A stretch of DNA of 33,647 bases. It comes from Licmophora abbreviata (taxonomy: Eukaryota). Under the pieces are notes generated by a model. The model was not told the origin of the DNA, did not search any database, and was given only the letters and a program-made list of their open reading frames with translations. Made by a program: the position numbers and the translations under genes. How positions within the stretch are numbered: the first letter of the stretch is position 1; each line of letters opens with the position of its first letter. The stretch lies in the NCBI GenBank assembly GCA_900291995.1, contig OLMU01000444.1, positions 1 through 33,647 on the forward strand, written 5' to 3'. Positions 10,501 through 21,291 of the stretch are shown here, piece after piece.

Positions 10501-11540
10501 CGAATCGCAGATGCAGCGTTCGTTTGTAGGAACCGCCGGTCTGTGGTGAACTGAGGGGCTTCAGTCCCTCTACCAATTGATCGAGCGAAAAGTTCACCAG
10601 CGAGACATGATCAACCGAGAGCAAGACGTCCCCACGCTGCACTAGTCCTGAGAGCTGTGCCGGTGAAGCACGGCCATCGTCTAAAGGCTTGACTGCCTGT
10701 ACGATAACCCGACCGCCGACACTGACAAGCACAAGAACATGGCGATGGTAAGTGACTCGTCAGTCGATACGACACACGAGCGTCCCAAAAACAAGTAATC
10801 TCATTGACTTACATAGTGAGCTTCATACCGAGCGATATATCACCATAATCTTCGTCGTACTGTTCCACCGAATCGTCGGAATCTCGTCGCACCACAGCTG
10901 TTGCAATGTCAAGCTCTGCAGCATGTTTTTTGGAGAGTAACGTCGGCGACTTTTTCACAGCCGGCGATGGCGGCGCACTGCTGTTGACCGTACTATCGGT
11001 ACCATCTCCCGCTCTCTTTTGAATGGCTCGCCGCCGCAGTACCGTTTCATATTGATTGGGAGGTAACCGGGATGCCGACAGAGGCGCCCGTTGCTCATGC
11101 TCCTCCACTTGGGCGATACGTACAGGGCGCCGACGCTTTCTTGTTCTCGATGGCAATGATTCATTCGTATCTGCACCAGCAGCCTCAGTCGTTATTTCGC
11201 TACGCTGACTCGTAGATAACGTCGCGGTGTCAGCGGGTGAGACTGGCGCGGACGCCTCCTGTGGGTTGATGCCCTCTTTCGTATTGGTAGTGTAAGGTGA
11301 AGCAACGACATCGTCGACCCCGTCCTCTTCCAAGACGGAATCCTCAATGAGTACCACGACTGGAACAACAGGTGTTCCTTCCGTCTTACTGCTCTCTGAT
11401 CCCGAGACTCTGCTGTCGTGATTGGGAGTAGCAGGCGCAGAATCGTTTTCGACTGGTGCTGTTCCCGGATCGCGGCTTTGACCCAGGTCGTCACGGTGTT
11501 CATCACCGCCCGCGTGGCCGTTCGAGTCCTTCGGGTCCAT
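7534..11540 (-). CDS. PDZ-domain protein with disordered N-terminus and helical C-terminal region, 6 exons, about 1194 aa
   Basis: Exons 11540-10813, 10721-9165, 9079-8809, 8727-8458, 8373-8190 and 8108-7534 join in frame through GT-AG introns (3585 nt in total). Intron 1 splits a PDZ signature: SLGMKLTIVGGRVIVQAV..DDGRASPAQLSGLVQRGDVLLSVD. The last acceptor (AAG at 8109) was chosen for frame. Confidence 0.8.
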
Positions 11541-11926
11541 CTCCACTACCCCTGCTATTGTCTAGCGACTCAATTTGTCATTTCAATGCATGAACTAGCA
11601 GTGGTTTACAACTCTTCAAGGTGCACCACAGCTTCCGCCGTTCGCATATCCTTGTCATGGTCGTCGTGTCGTCGTGATCAATCGATTTCTCGGGTGGGCC
11701 TGCTCGCTTTAAATATTGCGGGACGTGGATTCGGAAACAGCGTTAATCAAAGACGACCGCAAAGTGTCCGTGGCTCTCGCGAGGATAATGTCATGCGTGC
11801 GATGCGCCGATGGACCATGAGATTCGATTCCATTCTATTTTATCCAGTTCATCATCGTGCTGCCAGCTGTTCATCTTACTCCTACGCCTTCATCTTCTTC
11901 AGTTCTTTTGTTGAAAGCTCCAGACC

Positions 11927-12952
11927 ATGCAGTCTCCCCCCGGTCCACACCGTCGTCCGCCTTTGTTCGGTTCGTCATCGTCTCGGCGTCCCCGTGGCGG
12001 TGGCTCGGCATCTTCCCTCCCAGCCTACATTTGGGTCCCAGTCCTTGGTGTCACGGGGACTATTGGCATCTGCTACTACACCTTTTCAGACGAAGTTCCT
12101 CTTACGAAGCGCAGGCGATGGATAGCCACGTCTGCCAAATTTGAGCGTCAGTTGGGAGACCAAGAGTACAAGCAGTTATTGCAGCACTACCGTGCCGACA
12201 TTCTTCCACCCAACCATCGTGCCAACAGAACGGTCCAACGCGTGGGAACCCGCATCGCCCAGGCTTCTACGGAATTCGCCAAGGAGTACAACGTTTCCGC
12301 CCTCTCTCACTCTCCCTACACGTACACCGTCGTCCGGTCCGATCAGGCGAACGCCTTTGTGCTTCCCAACAATCATGTCTTTGTACTGACGGGGCTCTTC
12401 AAGTATGTACGTGACGAGGATGAACTAGCCGCAGTACTAGGACACGAGATGGCGCACAACCTCGCTCGACATGCTGGTGAGAAAATGTCAGGCAATCTGG
12501 TCATTCAAATTCTAGCGCGTGCATTGTTGCTTGTGGACCCATCAGGTGTACTGTCCACGCTGTTTCTTCCGGCTGCGTCGCTGCTGAACGACCTGCCCCA
12601 TTCCCGACAAGCTGAGCTCGAAGCGGATCGGATTGGACTTTCCTTAGGATCGCATGCCTGCTACGATCCGCGGGCGGCGAAGCGAGTCTTTCAGCGAATG
12701 CAACAGGACCTTGGGGACAAGGCACCGCCGGAATTCTTATCGACGCATCCGGGACACGAATCGCGAATCGCTGAAATGGATCAGTGGATGCCAGAAGCCA
12801 TGAAAACGTTTGAGGGGGACTATGGAGAAAAGTGTCGACATGTCCGAAGTGGCATGGCACGAGCGAGAGAGCTAGCGGCGCTTCCTCATGATGATGCAGC
12901 TCGCATTGGTGATGATGACGACGGCAGACGAGGAGCTTACAGAGGGTCATAA
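11927..12952 (+). CDS. OMA1: Peptidase M48 zinc metalloprotease, OMA1-like
   Basis: Motifs ANAFVLP, ELAAVLGHEMAH (HExxH), HSRQAELEADRIG and EFLSTHP. Arg/Ser-rich N-terminus followed by a hydrophobic segment. In-frame stop just upstream of the ATG. Confidence 0.9.
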   Translation: MQSPPGPHRRPPLFGSSSSRRPRGGGSASSLPAYIWVPVLGVTGTIGICYYTFSDEVPLTKRRRWIATSAKFERQLGDQEYKQLLQHYRADILPPNHRANRTVQRVGTRIAQASTEFAKEYNVSALSHSPYTYTVVRSDQANAFVLPNNHVFVLTGLFKYVRDEDELAAVLGHEMAHNLARHAGEKMSGNLVIQILARALLLVDPSGVLSTLFLPAASLLNDLPHSRQAELEADRIGLSLGSHACYDPRAAKRVFQRMQQDLGDKAPPEFLSTHPGHESRIAEMDQWMPEAMKTFEGDYGEKCRHVRSGMARARELAALPHDDAARIGDDDDGRRGAYRGS

Positions 12953-13012
12953 CGGAGAGTGTACTAGGATCATGATTCTAAGGATTATGTAAGGTCGATC
13001 AGCTCGTTTCCG

Positions 13013-14767
13013 CTAGATGCCACTGCCACCTTGCTTCATCATGTGACTGTAAAAGGCGGCATCCTCCTCAGCCGACTTGCGCTTCTTGATGACGTTCTCC
13101 TCGTACTTGAGGCGTCGCTTCTCAGAGCCCTTGTGGAGTGCCTCAATCTTCTCTTCATACGTCGTGCCTCGTGATCGCTCGAGTAGTGGAACATGTACGA
13201 CTTCTTTGAGACACTGAGCGTCTGGTCGACACTGATTACTCGCCATCCACTGCACAGCGTCTCCCCACGTTAAAACAGGATCCGACGGCAGGCCAGTTCC
13301 AAGTGTATCCGATAGATTGGATTGCGAGTCGGCCAACACCTGTCGATACTTGTTTTGCTTCCTGTTTCGCTCCTGCAGTCTGCGCGTCACAAATGCCACT
13401 ACATCGCTCCGCAAGACAGGGGCATCTAGCAATCGATCCATACCATTCTTGACACGCGCTCCCGCAAGCGTCAATTCTTCCCATTGCTGATCGAATAGAC
13501 ACGATAAGGCAAATAGATTCTGCGCAGAATGGCCCAGTTGCAGATTCGGATAGCCACAGTCGTGAAGTACCAGTGGTTGTTCCGCGGCGAGAGGATAACT
13601 CGGTTTTCCAGGATGTTTGGATATATCCAGCAATTCCGTCACAACAGACGGTTCTTCAAGTCCCTGTCCCACCAGAAACAATACCGACACGATACATCGG
13701 ATTTGATGCCAAAGGAAGGCTTGTCCATGAATCTCAAAATAGCAAACGTCAGTGTATGCGGATGACAAGTCGTCAATGGAAGGAGTAATGACACTCGCCT
13801 CATGAATGGTTCTCTCGAAATTGTACACTTTTTCTACATCCATCTTGCAAAAGTTGCGAAAGTCGTGTTTGCCGACCATCAACTGGAGCGCCTGACGGAT
13901 GAGATCCAAATCCAACGTTCGTCGTATGAAGAAATAGCGATAGGTCCGCGAGTTTGCTGAGAAGCGCGCTGAGAAATCGTCCGAGACAGGGCACCACCCC
14001 AAGATGCGAATATCGGATGGCAAGACGTTGTTTAGCATCTTCGCGTAGGGCAATTCTGAAAGTTGCTTTTGGACCCGAGCTGCTGGCATTGTCGTATTCG
14101 CATTGTTCTTCTTCTTTTGCTTTGGCGTTACCCAGGCAGTAATCGATTCACTTTCATTCTTGGGCAGTTCGTCATTCGTCACAAGGCTCGTTCCTTCTTC
14201 ATCCCTCGTTGCATCCAGAGGCACGGTGCTCTTGAGATTGCGGAACGCCACGACTTGTCCAGACGCACTGACACCCTTGTCGGTGCGCCCACACCGTGAG
14301 TAGCCCGAGGAAGAGCGATCTTGTACGAGGTGAGTTTTTACCAACGCGGCAAAAAGTATTCGCTCCACACTATTGTCATCCTCGTGTCCCATGTTTTGTG
14401 CCAGCCCACTGTACCGCGATCCATCGTAGTACAAGCGCATGGCAACGTGCCGTGTTCTTTGTTGCCGGCTTGTTTGTGACGATTGGTGATGTTGAGACTT
14501 GGTCATTGGGTCTCCGCTAGACTGATCGTTGATAGCGTCTGCATTCAGTTTTCGACTTTCGACAGCCTCAAAGGCACCCCGCACCGCCTCGGCCGTCAGT
14601 ACGTTCGTACGAAGCAGCTCGCCGAGTACATCCGTCGCGTTAGGAGCTCCTGATGGTCCCGCCACTGTCATATACTTCTGCTTCGTCTTCTTCTTCTTCG
14701 TGTGGTCGACTTTTGGAAACAAGCCTAGCTCCTTCAACACCTTATTCGTATTGTTGTCATTCTCCAT
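13013..14767 (-). CDS. PUS3: tRNA pseudouridine(38/39) synthase, TruA family (PUS3/Deg1-like), about 584 aa
   Basis: Motifs YDGSRYSG, YSRCGRTDKGVSA (catalytic Asp), FSARFSANSRTYRY, HDFRNFCK and GQAFLWHQIRCI. First ATG at 14767. Confidence 0.92.
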   Translation of the reverse strand: MENDNNTNKVLKELGLFPKVDHTKKKKTKQKYMTVAGPSGAPNATDVLGELLRTNVLTAEAVRGAFEAVESRKLNADAINDQSSGDPMTKSQHHQSSQTSRQQRTRHVAMRLYYDGSRYSGLAQNMGHEDDNSVERILFAALVKTHLVQDRSSSGYSRCGRTDKGVSASGQVVAFRNLKSTVPLDATRDEEGTSLVTNDELPKNESESITAWVTPKQKKKNNANTTMPAARVQKQLSELPYAKMLNNVLPSDIRILGWCPVSDDFSARFSANSRTYRYFFIRRTLDLDLIRQALQLMVGKHDFRNFCKMDVEKVYNFERTIHEASVITPSIDDLSSAYTDVCYFEIHGQAFLWHQIRCIVSVLFLVGQGLEEPSVVTELLDISKHPGKPSYPLAAEQPLVLHDCGYPNLQLGHSAQNLFALSCLFDQQWEELTLAGARVKNGMDRLLDAPVLRSDVVAFVTRRLQERNRKQNKYRQVLADSQSNLSDTLGTGLPSDPVLTWGDAVQWMASNQCRPDAQCLKEVVHVPLLERSRGTTYEEKIEALHKGSEKRRLKYEENVIKKRKSAEEDAAFYSHMMKQGGSGI

Positions 14768-15089
14768 TGTGAGGGTACACAATGAAGTTCATGCAACGAA
14801 AGTGGCCAACATCAACCGACCATCACATACATGGTCGTCGCCGTCATCGGCTTCTCATCATCGTCATCAAAGGCGGACGCGCCTTCAATTCACTTCGGAT
14901 GAAGGTTAGACCGAAGAAGGAGGAAGAGAGCTCGCAAGCGAGCTCGCCAAAAATCAAAAAACCTGCAAGCAATTTCCGCACATCTCGGCGCATCGACACA
15001 ATGACCGTCGGCATGGTCCTGACGGCTCCAAGTTGCGACAGCCCTTCGACGTTTCTCTCGACTAGCATACTCATATTATAGATACTATC

Positions 15090-16463
15090 ATGATGAAAAA
15101 TGACTCTGATAGAGAAGAAGAGAATGGAGACCTGCTCTTGACGGAAGAAAATGACGTCCAAGGGGAACTGATTCCCACCACGACTAGCGGGGCTGACAGT
15201 GAATTCTCCACCAAGAAGCGCACCTCGAAACCAAAGTCTCGCCCCGGTGGACCCGTCAAGCGGCGACTCAAGACGAAATCCAAGGAAGAAGTCGCCACAC
15301 GAACAGTCATCAAGTATGCGGCTCTTTTTCTTTTGGTGGCTCAAATGGTCGGACTCGTTCTCTTGATGCGATACTCCCGCACTCACAAAGCTCCCGACCA
15401 GCCACTGTACTTGGCGTCCTCTGCTGTCTTTGTCATGGAGGTGATGAAGTTTGTCATCTGTTGTCTCGTGGTGGCCTATCAGAGTGGTGGGGCTTTGGCG
15501 ACGGAACTCCATCATCATCTGATTCAGTCGCCGATGGAAGTTTTGAAACTATGTGTGCCGAGTCTGCTCTATACCGTGCAAAACAATCTTCTCTACCTGG
15601 CTTTATCCAATCTAGACGCAGCCACATATCAGATTTGCTATCAGCTCAAGATTCTAACGACGGCATTGTTCAGCGCGATACTGCTTCAGGTAGGATCTGG
15701 TGCGCATTCTGTCGTTCTTGTTTTTGTTGTTGTGACACAATGGAGACAGGGAGAGGACTCGGGGTCGTTGTGTGTCTAGGGTGTTATATACTTCTCCATG
15801 TATCTCTCACCTTATGTTGCGTCTCGCTCCTCTATCTTACAGCGCAAGTTCTCCCGCACCAAATGGACTTCGCTAGTGATTCTGACTGTAGGGGTCGCAA
15901 TTGTCGAAGTATCGGGCAGCGGTGATCAGCACACCAACACATCGGACAGTACTACTGCTCAGAACCGCTTGCTGGGACTGATCGCCGTCCTGTGTGCCGC
16001 ATGTACGTCAGGATTTTCAGGTGTCTACTTTGAGAGAATCTTGAAAGGTTCTTCAACCTCGCTTTGGATTCGAAACATCCAAATGGGACTGCCCAGTGTC
16101 GTGATTGCCTACATTACTATATACGTCAAGGACTCCGCAGCAATACATGCACAAGGTCTATTTGGAGGCTACAACAGCATGGTATGGACCGTCGTCACAG
16201 TGCAAGCGGCTGGTGGCTTGATTGTTGCGGTTGTTGTCAAGTACGCCGACAACGTCTTGAAGGTATTCGCTACGTCATTCAGTATCATTGTGACGGGCAT
16301 TATTAGTGCCGTACTCTTTGGATTCCGTCCCTCGTTTGCTTTTGTGGTTGGCGCCTTCTTCGTGGTGGTGGCGACAATCTTATATTCTGCCCCGGAAAAG
16401 CGCAGGCGAAGACGGCGCAAACCAGTGCTGCCTGTAACAACAGGGACTGTGGGTCGGGGGTGA
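15090..16463 (+). CDS. Nucleotide-sugar transporter, SLC35A (UDP-galactose/CMP-sialic acid transporter-like), about 406 aa
   Basis: Motifs VPSLLYTVQNNLLYLALSNLDAATYQICYQLKILTTALFS, GFSGVYFERILK, SLWIRNIQM and GGLIVAVVVKYADNVLK. Intron 15690-15842 (GTAGGA..CAG). The start is uncertain because an upstream exon near 14899 is possible. Confidence 0.9.
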
Positions 16464-16540
16464 ACAGTATTCAAGCTGCTCTATGACTAATTTCAGTTTC
16501 CTGTTGGTCCTGTGAATTGTGACTTTCAATTTTATTTATT

Positions 16541-17233
16541 TTAGCTGTCCTTGTTGGCCAGTGCCGCCGCATCGTGTTCTACTCGGGCGATTCCTTCCTT
16601 GCTCGTCGCCAGAAACGTTTCTACGTCAGAGTTCCACCATTCCGCCGGTCGTCCATCGGATTGCGGGGGCTGTGATATGAATTGCTGTTCGACGAATGCA
16701 TCTACTAATTCTTTCGCCGTTTCTGGGGGCGTCACGAGCTGGCCCAAGCACAAGACATTGGCGTCGTTCACTGCGCGAGCGTACTTCGTCGCCACGACAT
16801 TTTCCACAGTCGCTGCCCGGACTCCTGCAAATTTGTTGGCGACCATGCCAACCCCCATGCCAGTTCCGCAGACCAAGATTCCAATTGGAGGAGTGTCAAC
16901 GTACGAAGGATCGTCAGCTTTGTTGGTGGAAAGAGCCGTGCCAACCTTAGCTGCCGCGTCATAGTACGTGTCTGTGCCAAAGTCTTCCACCGTGTATGCG
17001 CCTTTGGCCTCTAAATGAGACTTTACCGTGTTTTTTAGGTCTGCACGTATGAATCAGAAAATGTGTAAGGCTGTGAGAGACAGATGGCGGGACGCTGACT
17101 TTCTTGTGGGCGATACTCCCACCACACTATTTCGACGCTTCGTATAAGTTTGGCGCGAACTTTAATTTGAAATGAATCGATGCTCACCTTCTCCAAATCC
17201 ATCGCAGGCCATGTATACTTTTGGCTTCGACAT
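16541..17233 (-). CDS. RpiB/LacAB-fold protein, DRT102-like, 181 aa
   Basis: Exon 1 17233-17188 (MSKPKVYMACDGFGE), intron 17041-17187 (GTGAGC..CAG), exon 2 17040-16541. Motifs GILVCGTGMGVGMVANKFAGVRAA and ARAVNDANVLCLG. Confidence 0.88.
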
Positions 17234-17504
17234 GCTGATTCTTCAGTCTATGATATTCTGTTCAAGAGAGGGCGAGATGAAGCCGGCAAAAGGCCAACAC
17301 TGTCATCAACAACTCGACCAAGAATGTGGTGGTCTCGCGATTTGGATTGTGATTGCTTCGGTCGATGCTTGCGCGTCATCGCGCGCGGTGATGCTGTTTG
17401 ATACCGGTAAGTTCTTTGGCCCGCCTTCGGTCTTAGCTAGGTATGCATGCACCTATGAATCACGACGACGCCCTGCATCCACAAAAAATGATTGTAGTTC
17501 ACAA

Positions 17505-17556
17505 TGAGAACGTCGTCACACAAGTCTAGTTGAGAACGTCGTCACAAGATCTAGAT
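17505..17556. repeat. Two-copy tandem repeat, period 26 bp
   Basis: TGAGAACGTCGTCACA is exact at 17505-17520 and 17531-17546. Each copy is followed within a few bases by TCTAG. Confidence 0.85.
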
Positions 17557-17612
17557 ACTTCGTATCAAAAGGCTCTAAAGTCAAAAACACATCATCGCGT
17601 TCCTCTGATACA

Positions 17613-18683
17613 CTAGCTCCCACGATACGTCGAGAAGCCCCACGGAGTGACCAAGAGCGGCACATGATAGTGGTCGTCAGGATTGTCGATTCCAAAACGA
17701 AGCGGAACGGTGTCAAGAAAGGGTGTTCCAGGGAATGGTGTTCCCTTGGATGCGAAATAGTCCGCCACGAAGAAAGTCCACTCGTACACACCGACGCTAA
17801 ACTCCTTGCCGCCCTTCAGAGCCGGACCGCCATCCAGTCGGCCGTCGTCGTTCGTCACGAATTCTGCAATCAAGCCTGCTGTTTCAGGAGGAGACAACCT
17901 CGTCAGCTGAATTCTCATTTTAGCAGCTGCGAGAGAGGAGATAAGCAGCATTCGCGTGTGAGTGTTCCACGTCTGTATTCACATGTCGGCCTCCTTACAA
18001 GCGCAACGTAGGAGGTACACACCTGGACATCCGTTTGCCGTATCCAAGATATGACACGTCAAGTATCCTTTTGCATCGTCCGTATTGAGAGACGATAACA
18101 GTCGCATCCAAGCAATCTTGTGCACCTGTGCTACGGCGTTGACAAACTCGACTTCGACCGGATTGCCCAATCGACCTGCGAGAGCCGACAACACCGTGTG
18201 CTTGGTTGCGTTCCGCACCGCTAGAATGAAAGGGAAACCAAACTTTTCACGATACTGGCCATTGTGTTTGGTGAAGGTAGCCAACTCGTCCTCGGTAAGT
18301 GTTTGCAGTCCAGCACGACCCTGTTCTTCCTGAGATTCCGCCGTCAGATCCTTCATGCTGCCGACTTTTTCACACAGATCCGGATGCGCGCAGAGGAGTT
18401 CCATTTTTTGTCCACGCGATGCTCCATCCACAATAGTTTTCATGGCATTCGCCAAATCAGTAATGGTCTCGATACCTCTGACGGCTTCTCCCTTCTCACC
18501 GACCAACTCGTTTGCGACCCAAGCCGAGTGTTCGTAAATGCCACCAAGGAAGGAAGAAATCTCGTTCGAGGGGAGACTGCAGAGCTCCTTGACGGAAGGT
18601 TGTGCAACGGGCATGGCGAATGATAGTGAAGTGGTCAGGGGAAAGAAAACAGTGATAAGAACGACAATAATGCAAGATCTCAT
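17613..18683 (-). CDS. TTL: Bifunctional OHCU decarboxylase / 5-hydroxyisourate hydrolase ((S)-allantoin synthase, TTL-like), about 324 aa
   Basis: Decarboxylase motifs YEHSAW, HPDL, SQEEQ..AGL and YREKFGFPFILAVR. Transthyretin-like motifs LTCHILDT, TNDDGR, HYHVPLL and C-terminal YRGS. Intron 17927-18022 (GTGTGT..CAG) joins the two ORFs in frame. Confidence 0.95.
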
Positions 18684-19015
18684 GGATGAGGCGGAGCCGA
18701 TCCATCGACAGTTTGTGGCACTTTGCCGCAGGATTGGATCACTAAAAACTTTCGCGCCAAGTTCTGGTATGGAAACTATGAGAAATGTGGTCCTGGAGTA
18801 GATGTCGTCTGATCGGTTCCTTTCCCGACAGCTTCCCTGGAGGCGCGAGAACTTGTTCTTATATAATATTCGAACATGTATATGCCAATCCTCGGTTGAA
18901 CCGGTGCGTCACAGCCTTTCGCTTTCTTCTGCCAGCACGAACCCGTCCTCAAACTCCATTCGCTGCGACAGGGCTTTTGGGACTGCTGTCTCTGTTGTCG
19001 CCGCCTTCTCTAAAG

Positions 19016-19364
19016 GTAAATGAATGCTTCGCAGATCGAACTGCTAAGGACGTATTGACGAGTTATATTTCGGTGCGAATCAAGCTCGGAACGACTGCAG
19101 AAAGGCGAACTTTCGACTGGCGATGGCTGCGACTCATTTTTCACTTGATAAGAGTCTGTCTCTCGTCGGTCCTTCTCAAGAATCGTTCAGAACCATTCGT
19201 TGAGATTCGCCAACTGTCTCCGCCAGTATCGATGTTACAACCTGACTTGGGTCAGACAGCGCGGAAGAAGTCACTTATGGACTACGACTTTTTCCCTTTA
19301 AATCTTGGCCGATCCGCTCTCGGTACTCTGACGTGTTTTGATCCACGTTGCTGCGTTTGAACAG
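19016..19364 (+). other. Putative 5'-UTR intron of the HSF gene at 19471
   Basis: AAG|GTAAAT donor at 19016, CTGAC branch-like site near 19328 and TTTGAACAG acceptor at 19364, followed by a pyrimidine-rich leader. No transcript evidence. Confidence 0.35.
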
Positions 19365-19470
19365 CTTCTCGACTTGCTTCGCTCTTTCGTCGTCCATTCT
19401 CTGCTTACACATCGCCTTCTTCGTCACGGCTCAATAACAGCCCCATCAATTTTTCGCTCATCTTTGAGTT

Positions 19471-20853
19471 ATGGACGGATTCCGATCATCGACCAACGTT
19501 CCTGCTGATATTGGAGGCGCCATGGTCACTGTCTCGTCATCTTCTCAATCTCTTTCGGAGCCAGGCAACACGGTTGCCGATGCTTCGTCGACGGACTACA
19601 AAAAGATGGACGGAAAACAAGAGGCCGCCGAGAGCAAGCAAGAGCCTGCCGGATCGACGATTGAAAAGGACCCCTCTCGGCCTCCTGTTGCAGAGTTTCT
19701 ATACCAGCTAATCAAGATGCTCGAAGACGACAACCAGGAGATCATCGAATGGTCCGATGGGCGCATCAAGGTCCATTTCCCGGAGCGACTCGAAGCCGAG
19801 GTGCTCAGTCGATACTTTCGTCACTCAAAGTTTGCATCCTTCCAGCGACAACTCAACTACTTCGGCTTCCGCAAGATAGCTGGGAAAGGAAAGATGTCGC
19901 CCTGCTCCTACGTCAATGACCTCGCTACCAAGGACGTTCGCAGTCTTCTCGAGATCAAGCGCAAGACCAATGGATCCGCTGCTCGCAAGGCTGCCATGAA
20001 GCAGGCGATGGCGGCCAATGCAGCAGCTGCCGCCAACATGGGTCACTTTGCTGCTCTTAACATGGGTGGGCTCAACGGATACCCTCAGCAAGGACTTCCG
20101 GGTATGCAAGGTAGTGGATTGATGCTCGCGCAAGACAGCATGCTTGCCCTTCGCCTTCAACAGCAACTCCAACAGCAGCAACACCAGAAGGCTCTCGGAG
20201 AAGGTTTCTTCTTCCCAAGCGACAACGCTTTGAACGCTCTCATTGCCGCTGGACAAAAGAGTCAGTCCATGGACAGTTTGGCTCAACGTCTCAGCGCTGC
20301 ATCTGCTGCCGGCTTGGGTGGTCATATGAACGGCTACCCAGGCGCATCCTTGCAGCCACAGACGCTCGCCGGCGCGCCTTTGACGCATGGTATGAGTGCC
20401 AGCACCATGCCCGCTACCGCAGCACTCGGGAAGGGCAGCAACTTGGGAGTGGAATCGAACCCCACGCTTGACTCGTTTGTGAACGAACAGGCCAACCCCG
20501 CCAAGAAGCCCCCGGCGGCTCGTGGTGTCCCCCCTCGTATGGCGAGCCAAACTCTGCTGAACCGACTGCCGTCGTCCAACACGATTTTCCCGGACAATCT
20601 CAGCACGGTGTCTTTGACGAATCTCTTGTCGGGAATGGGAAGCGCCAATCGGTTGTCTTCCATGCTGAGTTTGAACGGTGGATACATGTCACGAGAGCAG
20701 TCCTTGGCGGACATGTTTGGTGGCGCCGGAGCTGGTGCCGCCACTCAGCTACAGCCCCCGTCGTCGCTCATGTCGCAGTCGTTGGCGGCGTTTGCGCCCG
20801 CACCAAACTTGTCTCCTGACGGTAAGAACCGGCGGCACGGCGGAATGCCTTGA
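19471..20853 (+). CDS. HSF: Heat shock transcription factor (HSF DNA-binding domain), 460 aa, single coding exon
   Basis: [41 protein letters not shown], followed by an Ala/Gln/Met-rich tail. Confidence 0.93.
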   Translation: MDGFRSSTNVPADIGGAMVTVSSSSQSLSEPGNTVADASSTDYKKMDGKQEAAESKQEPAGSTIEKDPSRPPVAEFLYQLIKMLEDDNQEIIEWSDGRIKVHFPERLEAEVLSRYFRHSKFASFQRQLNYFGFRKIAGKGKMSPCSYVNDLATKDVRSLLEIKRKTNGSAARKAAMKQAMAANAAAAANMGHFAALNMGGLNGYPQQGLPGMQGSGLMLAQDSMLALRLQQQLQQQQHQKALGEGFFFPSDNALNALIAAGQKSQSMDSLAQRLSAASAAGLGGHMNGYPGASLQPQTLAGAPLTHGMSASTMPATAALGKGSNLGVESNPTLDSFVNEQANPAKKPPAARGVPPRMASQTLLNRLPSSNTIFPDNLSTVSLTNLLSGMGSANRLSSMLSLNGGYMSREQSLADMFGGAGAGAATQLQPPSSLMSQSLAAFAPAPNLSPDGKNRRHGGMP

Positions 20854-21291
20854 GAGGGGATGCGGCCACTCTGGGATTGTGTTTATAGCGCACGGTGCGA
20901 GGATCACTTTTGCAGAAGATTTTGGACGCACGGGTTTGTGCATAGATCGCTATGATTAAAAGATAATCTGCAAAAAAGTTAAAGACGCGCACATAAGATT
21001 ACTCAGGTAAATCGATACTATCTACTAGAAGTAGAGCTATCCTCGATGTGGAATCCTTGCCTAATGCATCGGCACTTTGACATAGTTATTTCCACACAAC
21101 ACAGTAAGGGCGAGAGTGCGGGATCAGTGTGTCTCGCTAGATCTATGCGAGAAAGAATTGACATCGACACATTGACGAGTTTTGAATCATACTGGTCTTT
21201 TAGCAGAGAGGGATACATAATGTACATCTGGTGCAGGTATCCCCATCGATATATCCTACACGAGGCGCCTTTCTTTTTTCTCTAACCTTGA

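Noticed and set aside
11418..12125. 235-aa + strand ORF spanning the PDZ/OMA1 intergenic region
   Set aside because: It has a non-ATG start, overlaps two supported genes and has no recognisable composition or motif.
17505..17556. CRISPR-like repeat-spacer
   Set aside because: There are only two 16-bp copies with a 10-bp gap, the context is eukaryotic and there are no cas genes.
18785..19360. 191-aa ORF upstream of the first HSF
   Set aside because: The sequence is not protein-like and is better explained as promoter, 5' UTR and a possible UTR intron.
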